Positions 29,334 through 38,498 of a stretch of 64,000 nt of DNA are shown piece after piece. This DNA comes from Holosporaceae bacterium (GTDB taxonomy: Bacteria > Pseudomonadota > Alphaproteobacteria > Holosporales > Hepatobacteraceae): the NCBI GenBank assembly GCA_049607645.1, contig JBMYWS010000002.1, forward strand, positions 141,756 through 205,755, written 5' to 3'. The notes below the pieces were generated by a model, which was not told the DNA's origin, made no database searches, and saw only the letters and a program-made list of their open reading frames with translations. Numbering within the stretch: position 1 is the first letter of the stretch; the number at the start of each line of letters is the position of its first letter. Both the position numbers and the translations under genes were made by a program.

Positions 29334-30737
29334 ATGATGCGTCGCTTTCGTCAAAAACAACTGCATTATATTGCCTGCTTTTTACTGGCTTTGTGTGGCA
29401 CAGGTGGCTTGTGGGCGCCGGGGCCCGGTGATGACGAGTCCAGCGCAGCCCCCACGCTGAAACGCAAAAGAAGCGATGACGACGTAGGCCCTGCCCCCAA
29501 AAAGGCAGTGCAGCAGCCAGAGAGCAAAAAAAGACGCCTTAACCCTGACACACAAACGCCCAACAAAGGCAAAGCGAAAAAGGCCGAAGCTGAGTCACCA
29601 ACGGACAGTCAAAAAAGCGACGCAAGCCATCACAGCGCACGCAGTGAACCGGTGATGAGCGAGGTGCTGGCGCTACCCGAAGGCCAGATTCATGCCGATG
29701 CCAGGCGTGATATCAGCTTTAAAAAATTGATGGACGACAAAGTTGTTTTGGTGAAGTTTCTTGAGCTGTTTGTGCCTGAATGCAAAGTTGGCGTTGAAGA
29801 AGTTGAAAAAGCGTCTGTGGCGATTCCTGAATTGCCCTTTTCAGGTGAGCCGCAGGTTTTTATGGACTTTCATGCCAAAACAAAAGATGGCAAGCACTAT
29901 ATTATTGAGATGCAAACAGCACGACACACGTTTTTTGACGAACGTTGTTTGTTTTATTGGGCGGCTACATATAGTGGGCAGTTGAAGGGCAAAAAATACA
30001 AAAAAGATGATTGGTTCCGCCACTTAAAGCCGGTGATTGCGCTGCAGGTGGTCAATTATAACTCGAACGCTGCCAAAGGCATTCAAGCACCTGAAGACTC
30101 AAAAGATCCGTTGTGTGAGCGCGCGCAACAGAATCCTTTGCCTAAAGGTCAGTTTATCAAGCACTATAAGGTGCGGTGTGAGCATTCAAAGCAAACGCTT
30201 GATGATTTTCATATGATTCAAATTGAGCTGCCTCGGGCCAAAAAAGCGCTCAAACTTTTTCCGCATGGCAATACAAAAAAATGGGATTCAACCTTTTTTG
30301 AAAACTTTACAGATCAGCAGTGGTTTTTAAGCATTTTGCGGCATGCACAAGATTTTACGGCCGAGCGTTTAGAATCGCTGAAGTCTTATATAGATCAAAA
30401 GCCCTTTGTAAAGTCGATGTTTGAAGCGCTGAAGTACCAAATGTGGGAGCTAAAAGATCAAACGGCGTATAAAACAGAAACACAAGAGCTGCAACGTGTT
30501 TATGGTGCAACATTTCTTATTGAGCGAGAACACGCACGAGAGGAAGGACGAGAGGAAGGGCGTATAGATCTTCTTGCAGCGCTTGTACAGCGTCAACAAC
30601 TTTCATTTCAAGTAGCAGCAGAGTATTTGGATGACAAACAAACGGAACAACTAAAAGAGCTTGTATCTGCTGTACAGCAAGCAACCGCAACGACCGCTGT
30701 GCAACCCCCGGCTGAGCCTGATTCCACCACCTCTTAA
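29334..30737 (+). CDS. Rpn-family PD-(D/E)XK nuclease / putative transposase homolog with hydrophobic N-terminus and Lys/Arg-rich NLS-like linker
   Basis: Core motifs ISFKKLM, FMDFHAKTKDGKHYIIEMQ and FFDERCLFYWAATY. C-terminal REEGREEGRIDLL is typical of this family. The N-terminal HYIACFLLALCGTGGLWAP is homologous to that of the paralog. Confidence 0.8.
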   Translation: MMRRFRQKQLHYIACFLLALCGTGGLWAPGPGDDESSAAPTLKRKRSDDDVGPAPKKAVQQPESKKRRLNPDTQTPNKGKAKKAEAESPTDSQKSDASHHSARSEPVMSEVLALPEGQIHADARRDISFKKLMDDKVVLVKFLELFVPECKVGVEEVEKASVAIPELPFSGEPQVFMDFHAKTKDGKHYIIEMQTARHTFFDERCLFYWAATYSGQLKGKKYKKDDWFRHLKPVIALQVVNYNSNAAKGIQAPEDSKDPLCERAQQNPLPKGQFIKHYKVRCEHSKQTLDDFHMIQIELPRAKKALKLFPHGNTKKWDSTFFENFTDQQWFLSILRHAQDFTAERLESLKSYIDQKPFVKSMFEALKYQMWELKDQTAYKTETQELQRVYGATFLIEREHAREEGREEGRIDLLAALVQRQQLSFQVAAEYLDDKQTEQLKELVSAVQQATATTAVQPPAEPDSTTS

Positions 30738-30763
30738 CCATATTCTGCATCACAAAGGTATTT

Positions 30764-31423
30764 TTAACGACTGCGCGCCATAATCGTCTCGCCACCCACC
30801 ATGCGCTGTCCTTTTTGAACCAATAATGTTGCCGAGGCCGGCACATAAAGGTCAACTCTGCTGCCAAAGCGAATAATGCCAAAGGTTTGGCCTGTTTGCA
30901 CTTCATCACCAATCGACACCTCACACTGAATACGGCGCGCGATCAGACCGGCAATTTGTGTCACGATGATGGTCTCTTTGGGCGTTTCAAGCACCACAGA
31001 GTTACGCTCGTTCAGCGTACTTGCCTTATCAAACGACGCATTCAAAAACTGCCCCTTGTGGTAAGCTGTCATCAAAACACGACCTTTTTGCGGCATGCGG
31101 GTGACATGCACATCAAACACGCTCAGAAAAATGCTTAAGCGTACCCAGTCTCCCTCTTGATACATGCCAACCTCTTGCGGTGGTGTTGCTTTTTCAATGC
31201 TCACCAAAAGGCCGTCAGCAGGACTTACAAAGATGTCTTCTTCTTTTGGCGTCACACGTTGCGGCTCGCGAAAAAACGCCGAACAACAAAGCGTTATCAA
31301 CCCCATCAATACAGCCGCCGCTGCATTTATTAAACACACCACCAACGTACAAACAATCAATCCAATAACGAATGGCCAGCCTGCCGGGTGCAAGCGCCCT
31401 TTTAAAGGTCCAAAAGAAAACAC
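30764..31423 (-). CDS. psd: phosphatidylserine decarboxylase family protein (short form)
   Basis: FFREPQR, SPADG, VHVTRMP, and the FGSRVD self-cleavage (G-S) region. N-terminal membrane segments. Confidence 0.88.
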   Translation of the reverse strand: MFSFGPLKGRLHPAGWPFVIGLIVCTLVVCLINAAAAVLMGLITLCCSAFFREPQRVTPKEEDIFVSPADGLLVSIEKATPPQEVGMYQEGDWVRLSIFLSVFDVHVTRMPQKGRVLMTAYHKGQFLNASFDKASTLNERNSVVLETPKETIIVTQIAGLIARRIQCEVSIGDEVQTGQTFGIIRFGSRVDLYVPASATLLVQKGQRMVGGETIMARSR

Positions 31424-31659
31424 ACCCTATCGCCTTGTGTAAAAAGAATCACCACAAGAATACCCGAAGGACCGCTAAAAACAAGCCGCTTCTACAACAT
31501 CACAAGCACTTTATGTTGTTACACGTCATAACTGACAAAAAATATACCTTATTTGCCTTAATCAAAAAAATACTTTAAAGTTCAAAAATATATAAAAAAA
31601 CTAAAAAATAACGTGCTTTAAAGTCAAATATATTTTATGAGCACATTGGGAGGTCGATC

Positions 31660-32538
31660 GTGTATCAAACAAACACCCCAGGGCGCACTATACCGTTTTT
31701 ATGGCTGTTCACGCTTTGGGTACTTCACTATACAGCATTAAGTGCCGTCTCGGTTGATTTACGTTGGATGCCTGGTGATCGCTGCCGCTGGCCTGATGTA
31801 AAGGCTTATCTAGAGGCACAACACATCGACAACCCCGAATTTGTGACAGAACTGAACTGTCAACATTGCTTTTTAAAGCGTTTTCCTTTGTGGATTCTAG
31901 ATAAAATGCCACATGTGACTGTTTTAACACTTAACAACAATAATATTCAGTACCTACCTGACAATATAGACAAACTCCAAAAACTAGAAAAACTGGACCT
32001 AAGCCGCAATCAACTCACAAAGCTGCCACAGCATTTTGGTCGCCTTCAGGCGCTGCACTCTTTTAATGGCTCTTTCAATCAACTTGACGCCCTGCCAGAC
32101 TCATTTTGGCAATTACATCACCTAACCTCTCTTTCCCTTTACAGCAACCACTTACATACTATGCCTTCTCGTATTAAGCATTTAAGCCATTTAAAAAAGC
32201 TGTTTTGGGGCAACAATGCCTTAGAGAGCATCCCGCAAAGCATTGGGCAGCTTACACAGCTTGAACATCTTTACCTGAATGAAAACGCCCTCACCGCCCT
32301 TCCAAAAGAGGTGGGAGACCTGCCACACCTACAACACCTTTTTTTAAAGGATAATGCGTTTCGCCACCTTCCTCACAGTGTCACAAAACTCGCAACGTCA
32401 CTTTTATCATTAGATCTGCAGAACAATCCTTATCTTTCAGATGCAAACAAGGAAGACTTCTTAGGATTTAAAAGATTACAGGATGTTTTTGGCGACAAAC
32501 TTCATTTTTCACGCGAGGAGCCATTATGGGCTGTCTAA
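31660..32538 (+). CDS. leucine-rich repeat (LRR) protein with N-terminal hydrophobic segment
   Basis: About 8 consecutive 23-aa repeats of the LxxLxLxxNxLxxLPxxIxxL type (LDLSRNQLTKLP, LYLNENALTALP, and others). GTG start. Confidence 0.85.
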   Translation: MYQTNTPGRTIPFLWLFTLWVLHYTALSAVSVDLRWMPGDRCRWPDVKAYLEAQHIDNPEFVTELNCQHCFLKRFPLWILDKMPHVTVLTLNNNNIQYLPDNIDKLQKLEKLDLSRNQLTKLPQHFGRLQALHSFNGSFNQLDALPDSFWQLHHLTSLSLYSNHLHTMPSRIKHLSHLKKLFWGNNALESIPQSIGQLTQLEHLYLNENALTALPKEVGDLPHLQHLFLKDNAFRHLPHSVTKLATSLLSLDLQNNPYLSDANKEDFLGFKRLQDVFGDKLHFSREEPLWAV

Positions 32539-33153
32539 AAAGAAGCACACACAGCACATATTTTGGCCGCAACGTCCTGTGGCTGGCACTCACCTGGTTT
32601 TGGCCATGGGCTCTTTGGGCGATCACAATCCATTTAAATGTTCCAGGCGTCAACGCCAGCGACTGGCTATCCGTCAAAAATTATTTAAGCGCTGACAACA
32701 TTGACCCCCTCACGATCACCGAGTTACACATGTCACCTCAACCAAATGCCGCTTTAGATTGTCACGTACACACCCAATTTGAAGATTCTAGGACTGACAA
32801 CACTATCAGCACACTGCCTGATGCCATTGCACAGTTAGAGTTTCTGTTTTTACAGCATAACTAACTGATAGAACTGCCGCACAGCTTGCCTTATCTAAAA
32901 CGGCTGCGCTATCTTTCTTTATCTTACAATCAGATAACACACGTTCCCCCAAACATGGCGCACATGAAACACCTTAAAATGCTTGACCTTAGCGGCAACA
33001 AGCTTGCCTGCTTGCCCATGCAATTTAAAGACCTCAAAGCATCTTGGACAACTGTTACTGCACAACACGCCACACTTGCGCGATGTCGGCGATGCACATG
33101 ATTTGGGCAAAAAAGCGCTTGAAGACACCTTTGGTCCTGTCATTTCTTTTTAA
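32526..33153 (+). pseudogene. degraded paralog of the LRR gene (in-frame TAA plus a frameshift)
   Basis: ORFs 32526-32864 and 32886-33101 are in the same frame, split by TAA at 32862-32864 inside an LRR (LFLQHN*LIELP). After about 33030-33040 the homologous reading continues in the +1 frame (KHLGQLLLHNTPHLRDVGDAHDLGKKALEDTFGPVISF*). That tail aligns to the C-terminus of the intact paralog. Confidence 0.75.
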
Positions 33154-33199
33154 GAAAAAAGCAAGCTGACACCAAAACATCACTATCAAATAAGCACCG

Positions 33200-33529
33200 T
33201 CAGCGGGCCGTATCGATCACAGCTTTTTCATCTGGCCCAACATACCCCAAAACAAGCTTAGCCTGCTCTTCTAGCATATCCTGATCAATGGGTGTTTTTA
33301 AAAGACGGGTTTTGCGCGCAAGATCTTCATGCCGCACCTCAAGACGTTTTCTTTGTTGCTGCAAAAGCGTCGAGCGTTGCGTCAAACGCGCAAGCGCCTC
33401 AAGACCAAGATCGCCTTTAAGCAGATAATAGACAATATAAAGCAGGGCCAAAAGCCATACAAGCACAACACCAAAGCGTAAAAGCGTCGCGCGCCGCGTA
33501 TAAAAACGACCCCGCAAACGCCCAAACAT
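33200..33529 (-). CDS. ftsB: septum formation initiator family protein (FtsB/DivIC-like)
   Basis: Single TM segment followed by a coiled coil, then the LAR...L......D.LEEQAR..LGY-like block (DMLEEQAKLVLGYV). Confidence 0.7.
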   Translation of the reverse strand: MFGRLRGRFYTRRATLLRFGVVLVWLLALLYIVYYLLKGDLGLEALARLTQRSTLLQQQRKRLEVRHEDLARKTRLLKTPIDQDMLEEQAKLVLGYVGPDEKAVIDTAR

Positions 33530-33535
33530 TACGCG

Positions 33536-33892
33536 TTACGACAGTGCAGCTTTAACGTTGGTCAGCAATGCTGAAAAGGTGTTGGGCTCTCGCGCAGCAA
33601 GATCAGCAAGCACTTTGCGATCAAGCTCGATGCCAAGCTCTTTCATGCCGCCCATAAATTGCGAGTAGGTCAAACCACCAAGGCGGGCCGCAGCATTAAT
33701 GCGCTGAATCCACAAACCCCTAAAATCGCGCTTTTTGGTGCGCCGATCACGGTAAGCGTACAACAATGCTTTTTCAACACGTTGCAAAGCCAAGCGATAG
33801 CAATTGTTCGAGCGACCCTGATAGCCTTTTGCACGCTTGATTACTTTTTTATGACGTGCACGAGACGTCACGCCACGCTTCACTCTAGCCAT
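33536..33892 (-). CDS. rplT: 50S ribosomal protein L20
   Basis: [17 protein letters not shown]...YRDRR.KKRDFR.LWI.RINAA. Confidence 0.95.
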   Translation of the reverse strand: MARVKRGVTSRARHKKVIKRAKGYQGRSNNCYRLALQRVEKALLYAYRDRRTKKRDFRGLWIQRINAAARLGGLTYSQFMGGMKELGIELDRKVLADLAAREPNTFSALLTNVKAALS

Positions 33893-33909
33893 TTTCTCTT
33901 ACCCTTTTC

Positions 33910-34116
33910 TCAACTTGCGCCGTAAGGCATAAAATGCTTCTTGACAAAGGCCGCATCACAGTCTTTCATCAACGTCGACCCACGAGCCGTACGCCGCATC
34001 TCGGGCGACCGCTTGCGCATACCATGACGCTTGCCTGTTTGCCCCATGAGAACTTTGCCCGTTTTAGTTAAACGGAAGCGCTTTTTCACACCACTCTTTG
34101 TCTTTAACTTTGACAC
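33910..34116 (-). CDS. rpmI: 50S ribosomal protein L35
   Basis: GTG start giving (M)SKLKTKSGVKKRFRLTKTGKV... The longer ORF to 34239 is an upstream extension. Confidence 0.9.
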   Translation of the reverse strand: MSKLKTKSGVKKRFRLTKTGKVLMGQTGKRHGMRKRSPEMRRTARGSTLMKDCDAAFVKKHFMPYGAS

Positions 34117-34271
34117 GCTTGATGCCTTTCCTCGGCCTTCAAAAACAACATGAACCTTACTTATACCAAAAGCAAAAGCCTGGCACAAGACCGCCTTTCG
34201 AAGAAAAAACGCACACAAAAGCTTTGCGGAAAAACCCACCGATCACCGACGTGTGCTTTTTAGGTCACACA

Positions 34272-34868
34272 CTAAGCATGCGCGTGAAAACGCTGCGCCT
34301 TCAATCTTTCAGCACGCACAATAGCTGTTAGGTCACCAAGCGCTTCATTCAGGTCGTCATTAATGATGATGTAATCATAGGTTGGCCACCGAGCGATTTC
34401 TTTTTCAGCCTCTAAAAGTCGTTTCTCAATCACTTCTGGCGCATCCAGTGCGCGTGCCCGCAAGCGCTCTTCAAGCACCTCAAGCGAAGGAGGCAGAATA
34501 AAAACACGCACACAGCGCCCCGGACAAGCCTCGGTAATGGCGTCAGCACCTTGCCAATTAACGTCAAAAAGCACATCCATGCCTTGTTCTAAAAGCGCAT
34601 TAACAGGCTTTTTAGGCGTACCATAAAAGGCATCAAAAATACGAGCAGTCTCTAGGAACTCACCTTCTTTCACGTCCTGTTGAAATTTTTCTTCAGACAA
34701 AAAAAGATAATCTTTGCCGTCAACTTCTCCTTGACGCTTGGGACGTGTTGTGGCCGACACAGAAAGCCTGATTTGACTATCATGGGCTAAAAGCTGTTGG
34801 CTCAACGTTGTTTTGCCAGCGCCCGATGGAGAAGACAAAATTAACAATAAGTTAGTCACAGGAAACAC
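34272..34868 (-). CDS. gmk: guanylate kinase
   Basis: P-loop SSPSGAGKTTL, SATTRPKRQGEVDGKDY, and the GTP/GMP-binding pattern. Confidence 0.93.
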   Translation of the reverse strand: MFPVTNLLLILSSPSGAGKTTLSQQLLAHDSQIRLSVSATTRPKRQGEVDGKDYLFLSEEKFQQDVKEGEFLETARIFDAFYGTPKKPVNALLEQGMDVLFDVNWQGADAITEACPGRCVRVFILPPSLEVLEERLRARALDAPEVIEKRLLEAEKEIARWPTYDYIIINDDLNEALGDLTAIVRAERLKAQRFHAHA

Positions 34869-34951
34869 GCAGGCTAATCACTCCTCAATCTTTCTTTGCT
34901 ATTCTAGCAAAACAAGTAAAAAAGACACGCTTTTTCTGGCGACACCAAGTT

Positions 34952-35254
34952 ATGCACGATGTTCTCATTTTAAGACCCACAAAATCTGCCATGCAATCTG
35001 CACGGCTTGGCAAAGAAGTGTGGGAGCTGCACTTTTGCATCCCACCCAAAGGCAACCTTGATCCACGCATGCATTGGGTCACACAAAAAGACGCAAGACA
35101 GGCCGTCAAGCTGACTTTTCAAAACGTAGCCGACGCCATTGCCTATGCCAAAAAGCATGATTTGTCCTACCACGTGCAAGAGACAGATCCCGCTGCGCCT
35201 TTGGCGCCCCACAGTTATGAAGAACATCTGCTTAAACCACATATGCGCTCTTAA
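34952..35254 (+). CDS. ETC complex I subunit conserved-region protein (NDUFS4-like)
   Basis: ILRPTKSAMQSA...W.L.F......DPRMHWVTQKDARQAVKLTFQNVADAIAYAKKH matches the bacterial NDUFS4-like (PF04800-type) pattern. Confidence 0.8.
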   Translation: MHDVLILRPTKSAMQSARLGKEVWELHFCIPPKGNLDPRMHWVTQKDARQAVKLTFQNVADAIAYAKKHDLSYHVQETDPAAPLAPHSYEEHLLKPHMRS

Positions 35255-35260
35255 AACACC

Positions 35261-36133
35261 TTAAGGCACATCCTTTGACGCATCGTGCTTTGCAAACCAC
35301 TGCTCGATCAATGCAATCTGGTCGGGCGTTGCAAGCGAAAGCGCATGCCCCTGTTTGGGAAACGAAACCGTTTTGACAGCAGGTTTTCTGGCCATTTGCT
35401 CAAGCGTATCAGACGACAAAAGATCAGAATCAGCCCCTTGCATGGCTAAAACGGGGCACACAATACGCTCCCAGTACTTCCAGAAATCTAGATCCTTAAT
35501 GTCTTTGGTCGGAATGGTCGATGCGATGGCAGGATCATACGCTACGGTCCAGCGTTTTTGTACCGCATCCCATACAATGCTTTGTTCGGCCATCTGCTTC
35601 CACTGAAGCGCTGTCAGATCACGACATCCCAAAAGGGTTGTTTTCAAAAAATGAACAGCCTCTTCAAACTGCGTAAAGACGTGTGCTTTGGGCACATACT
35701 TGGCAAGGCGTTGCAAGCCTGCAGCTGAGACAAAGGGGCCAATATCGTTCAAAACCATTGCGCTAATGGGAGACAAAGGTTGGCTGGCAAGCATCATACC
35801 GATAATGCCCCCCATAGACGTGCCCACCCATTTAATCTGTTTCACATTAAGGCGCGCAATCAGTGCATTTACATCGGACATATACTGCGCATAGTGGTAA
35901 CGCGCACCGTCATAAAGGTATGTGCTGCGGCCACGCCCAACCATGTCAGGGCACACAACCCGATACGTTTTTGAAAGCTGTTCTGCCAACCAATAAAAAT
36001 CACCGCCATTGCGGGTGAGGCCATGGATGCAAAGCACGACATCCTCATTGAACGGGTCTCCCCACTCTTGATACGAGATTTGGTGAAATCCTTGGGGGTT
36101 TAGACCTAAAAAGCTTTTGTGACGCATTATCAA
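35261..36133 (-). CDS. alpha/beta-fold hydrolase
   Basis: HGLTRNGGDF oxyanion region, nucleophile elbow GTSMGG, and C-terminal His region (GHALSL). Confidence 0.8.
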   Translation of the reverse strand: MIMRHKSFLGLNPQGFHQISYQEWGDPFNEDVVLCIHGLTRNGGDFYWLAEQLSKTYRVVCPDMVGRGRSTYLYDGARYHYAQYMSDVNALIARLNVKQIKWVGTSMGGIIGMMLASQPLSPISAMVLNDIGPFVSAAGLQRLAKYVPKAHVFTQFEEAVHFLKTTLLGCRDLTALQWKQMAEQSIVWDAVQKRWTVAYDPAIASTIPTKDIKDLDFWKYWERIVCPVLAMQGADSDLLSSDTLEQMARKPAVKTVSFPKQGHALSLATPDQIALIEQWFAKHDASKDVP

Positions 36134-36203
36134 CTCAATTTTGGCGAATTTTTAATAAAAAGTCTTTATTTACAAGTAATAAAACAGCGAAGATATTAAC
36201 AAG

Positions 36204-36836
36204 ATGTTGCAAAGTACAAAAAAAATACCACAACCCAGCACACAGTCTCTGAACCAAAAAGCACTTTTGTTCGCACGCCCTCTTTTAAAAACTTTTGCAG
36301 TATTTGTTTTGTTAACGACACCGCTTTCTTTTGCGCATCCAAAAAAGCTTTACAGCGAAACCTCTGAAAACACCAACGCTCAAAGCAGGCGATCGCACTA
36401 TGCTGCAACGCTGAATGAGACGTTTATCTTATTGCGCACCAAACCCACCAAAAATGCCATTGAAGCGATTTGTGGCGAAAAAGGTCTGTGTCACAAACCT
36501 GGTACATGCAGACATCCCCTGCTTTTTAGTTTTTTTTGGAGTCTTTGCAAGCAGCGCTTTCCCGGTTTTGCAAATTTACCTTGCGCAACACAATACGCCA
36601 AAGAGCTGTCTTTTGACTTGGCCTCGGGCACCTTTGCACAAAACAAAAATGCGCTTGATTATCTTGAGCAACAGCTTTTTACAGGCAGCGCACCAGAATA
36701 TATGCGCTTTATGATGGCAAAAATTATCACGCAAAGTCCACAGCACTATCTTGTCACAACACAACAAACTCGCTCGCGATGCTGCAATTCTTACAGACAG
36801 CTTTGCCGTTACAAACCCCAAGCTGAAGTTAAATAA
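36204..36836 (+). CDS. hypothetical exported protein
   Basis: Hydrophobic segment FAVFVLLTTPLSFA near the N-terminus, Cys-containing. No family recognised. Confidence 0.45.
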   Translation: MLQSTKKIPQPSTQSLNQKALLFARPLLKTFAVFVLLTTPLSFAHPKKLYSETSENTNAQSRRSHYAATLNETFILLRTKPTKNAIEAICGEKGLCHKPGTCRHPLLFSFFWSLCKQRFPGFANLPCATQYAKELSFDLASGTFAQNKNALDYLEQQLFTGSAPEYMRFMMAKIITQSPQHYLVTTQQTRSRCCNSYRQLCRYKPQAEVK

Positions 36837-36906
36837 CAGCGCTTGTCTTCTTGCATGCGGTTTTCTAGGATAAAGACAAAGAATCGCTGGGATCCGCACA
36901 AACACA

Positions 36907-38460
36907 ATGTCACACAAGGCTTTACCTCTAAAAGAAGCACGCTATCTGATTACGCCTATTTATTATCTTAACGGCACGCCACATTTAGGACACGCTTACA
37001 CAACAATTATTGCAGATTTTATGTCCCGGTTTTGGCGACTAGCCGGACACCCTACACGTTTTGGCACAGGCACTGATGAACATGGGCAAAAAATAGCCGA
37101 GGCCGCTTTAAAAGAAAAAACAGATCCAAGAAACTTTGTGGATCGCATGAGCGAACATTTTAGAGAAATGACAGACCAAGTCAACGCAACAGCAGATGAT
37201 TTCATTCGTACGACAGAACCACGCCATATTAAAGCAGTCACAACACTTTGGAAGACCTTAGAAAAAAATGGTTTTATTTACAAAGACACTTACAAAGGTT
37301 GGTATGCCATAAGAGACGAGGCTTTTTATAAAGAAAGCGACATCAAAGATGGCCTGGCACCAACAGGCGCCCCCGTAACGTGGGTTGAAGAGCCATGCTT
37401 TTTCTTTCGCCTATCGGCTTTTCAAGACAAACTGTTGGCTTTTTACAAAGAAAATCCTCACTTTATTTTACCCAAAGAGCGTGCCAATGAAGTCATTGCA
37501 TGGGTTGAGGGCGGGCTATCAGACTTAGCAATTTCACGTACAACCTGCAAATGGGGTATTCCTGTACCCGATGCTGAAGGTCATGTGATGTATGTTTGGA
37601 TTGACGCACTAACCAACTACATTAGTGCCCTTGGCTATCCCGAACCAACAGAAAACTTGCACACCTTCTGGCCCGAAGCACGCCATGTTTTGGGCAAAGA
37701 TATTGTGCGCTTTCACGCAATCTATTGGGCAGCCTTTTTAATGGGCGCAGGCTTGCCGTTACCCAAACATATCTACGTGCACGGCTGGTGGACTGTAGAA
37801 GGTGAGAAAATGTCAAAATCATTGGGCAATGTTTTGGCACCTGCAACACTGATTGAAGCATACGGCCTTGATGTTTTGCGCTACTTTGTACTGCGAGAGG
37901 TACCCTTTGGCGGTGACGGGGACTTTTCAGAAAAAGCTTTGAAAGGCCGCTTAAACGCCGATCTGGCTAACGATCTTGGCAATCTATTGCAGCGGGTTCT
38001 TGGCTTCATTCAAAAGAAAATTAAGGCTGTACCGCCCAATCCCAAGCCAAACCTTTTTAAGGCCTTTTACGCTTGGAAAGAAGATCTGCACACACAATTG
38101 CAAGCCATGGTGGATGGCGCAACACCATCGCGTTATCTTGAGCATCTTTGGCGCGGCATTGCGCTTGGCAATCAGTTTATGGACACATTAGCACCTTGGG
38201 CCCTGCAAAAAAGTGATACACCAGACGATCGCGACACCATGCACAGCGGCCTTTTTCAACTGCTTGAGTTGTTGTTTGAGGTGGCATTGTACTTGCAGCC
38301 TGTGATGCCCGAAACAGCCCAGCGGATGCTGGCGCAATTAGGCTATCAGGGAGAGCCTATTCCCTTTGACGATCGTTCTTTTGCGATCACAGAGGGGGCG
38401 ACGCTCGCCTCTCCAACGCCTTTGTTCCTAAAAGATGACACACTGAAAAATGCCGGCTAA
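36907..38460 (+). CDS. metG: methionine--tRNA ligase
   Basis: HIGH-type motif (PHLGHAYT) and KMSKS motif. Short form of 517 aa. Confidence 0.95.
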   Translation: MSHKALPLKEARYLITPIYYLNGTPHLGHAYTTIIADFMSRFWRLAGHPTRFGTGTDEHGQKIAEAALKEKTDPRNFVDRMSEHFREMTDQVNATADDFIRTTEPRHIKAVTTLWKTLEKNGFIYKDTYKGWYAIRDEAFYKESDIKDGLAPTGAPVTWVEEPCFFFRLSAFQDKLLAFYKENPHFILPKERANEVIAWVEGGLSDLAISRTTCKWGIPVPDAEGHVMYVWIDALTNYISALGYPEPTENLHTFWPEARHVLGKDIVRFHAIYWAAFLMGAGLPLPKHIYVHGWWTVEGEKMSKSLGNVLAPATLIEAYGLDVLRYFVLREVPFGGDGDFSEKALKGRLNADLANDLGNLLQRVLGFIQKKIKAVPPNPKPNLFKAFYAWKEDLHTQLQAMVDGATPSRYLEHLWRGIALGNQFMDTLAPWALQKSDTPDDRDTMHSGLFQLLELLFEVALYLQPVMPETAQRMLAQLGYQGEPIPFDDRSFAITEGATLASPTPLFLKDDTLKNAG

Positions 38461-38498
38461 CAACGATTTTTTGTTTTGCGTGTAAAAGAGTAACGACC

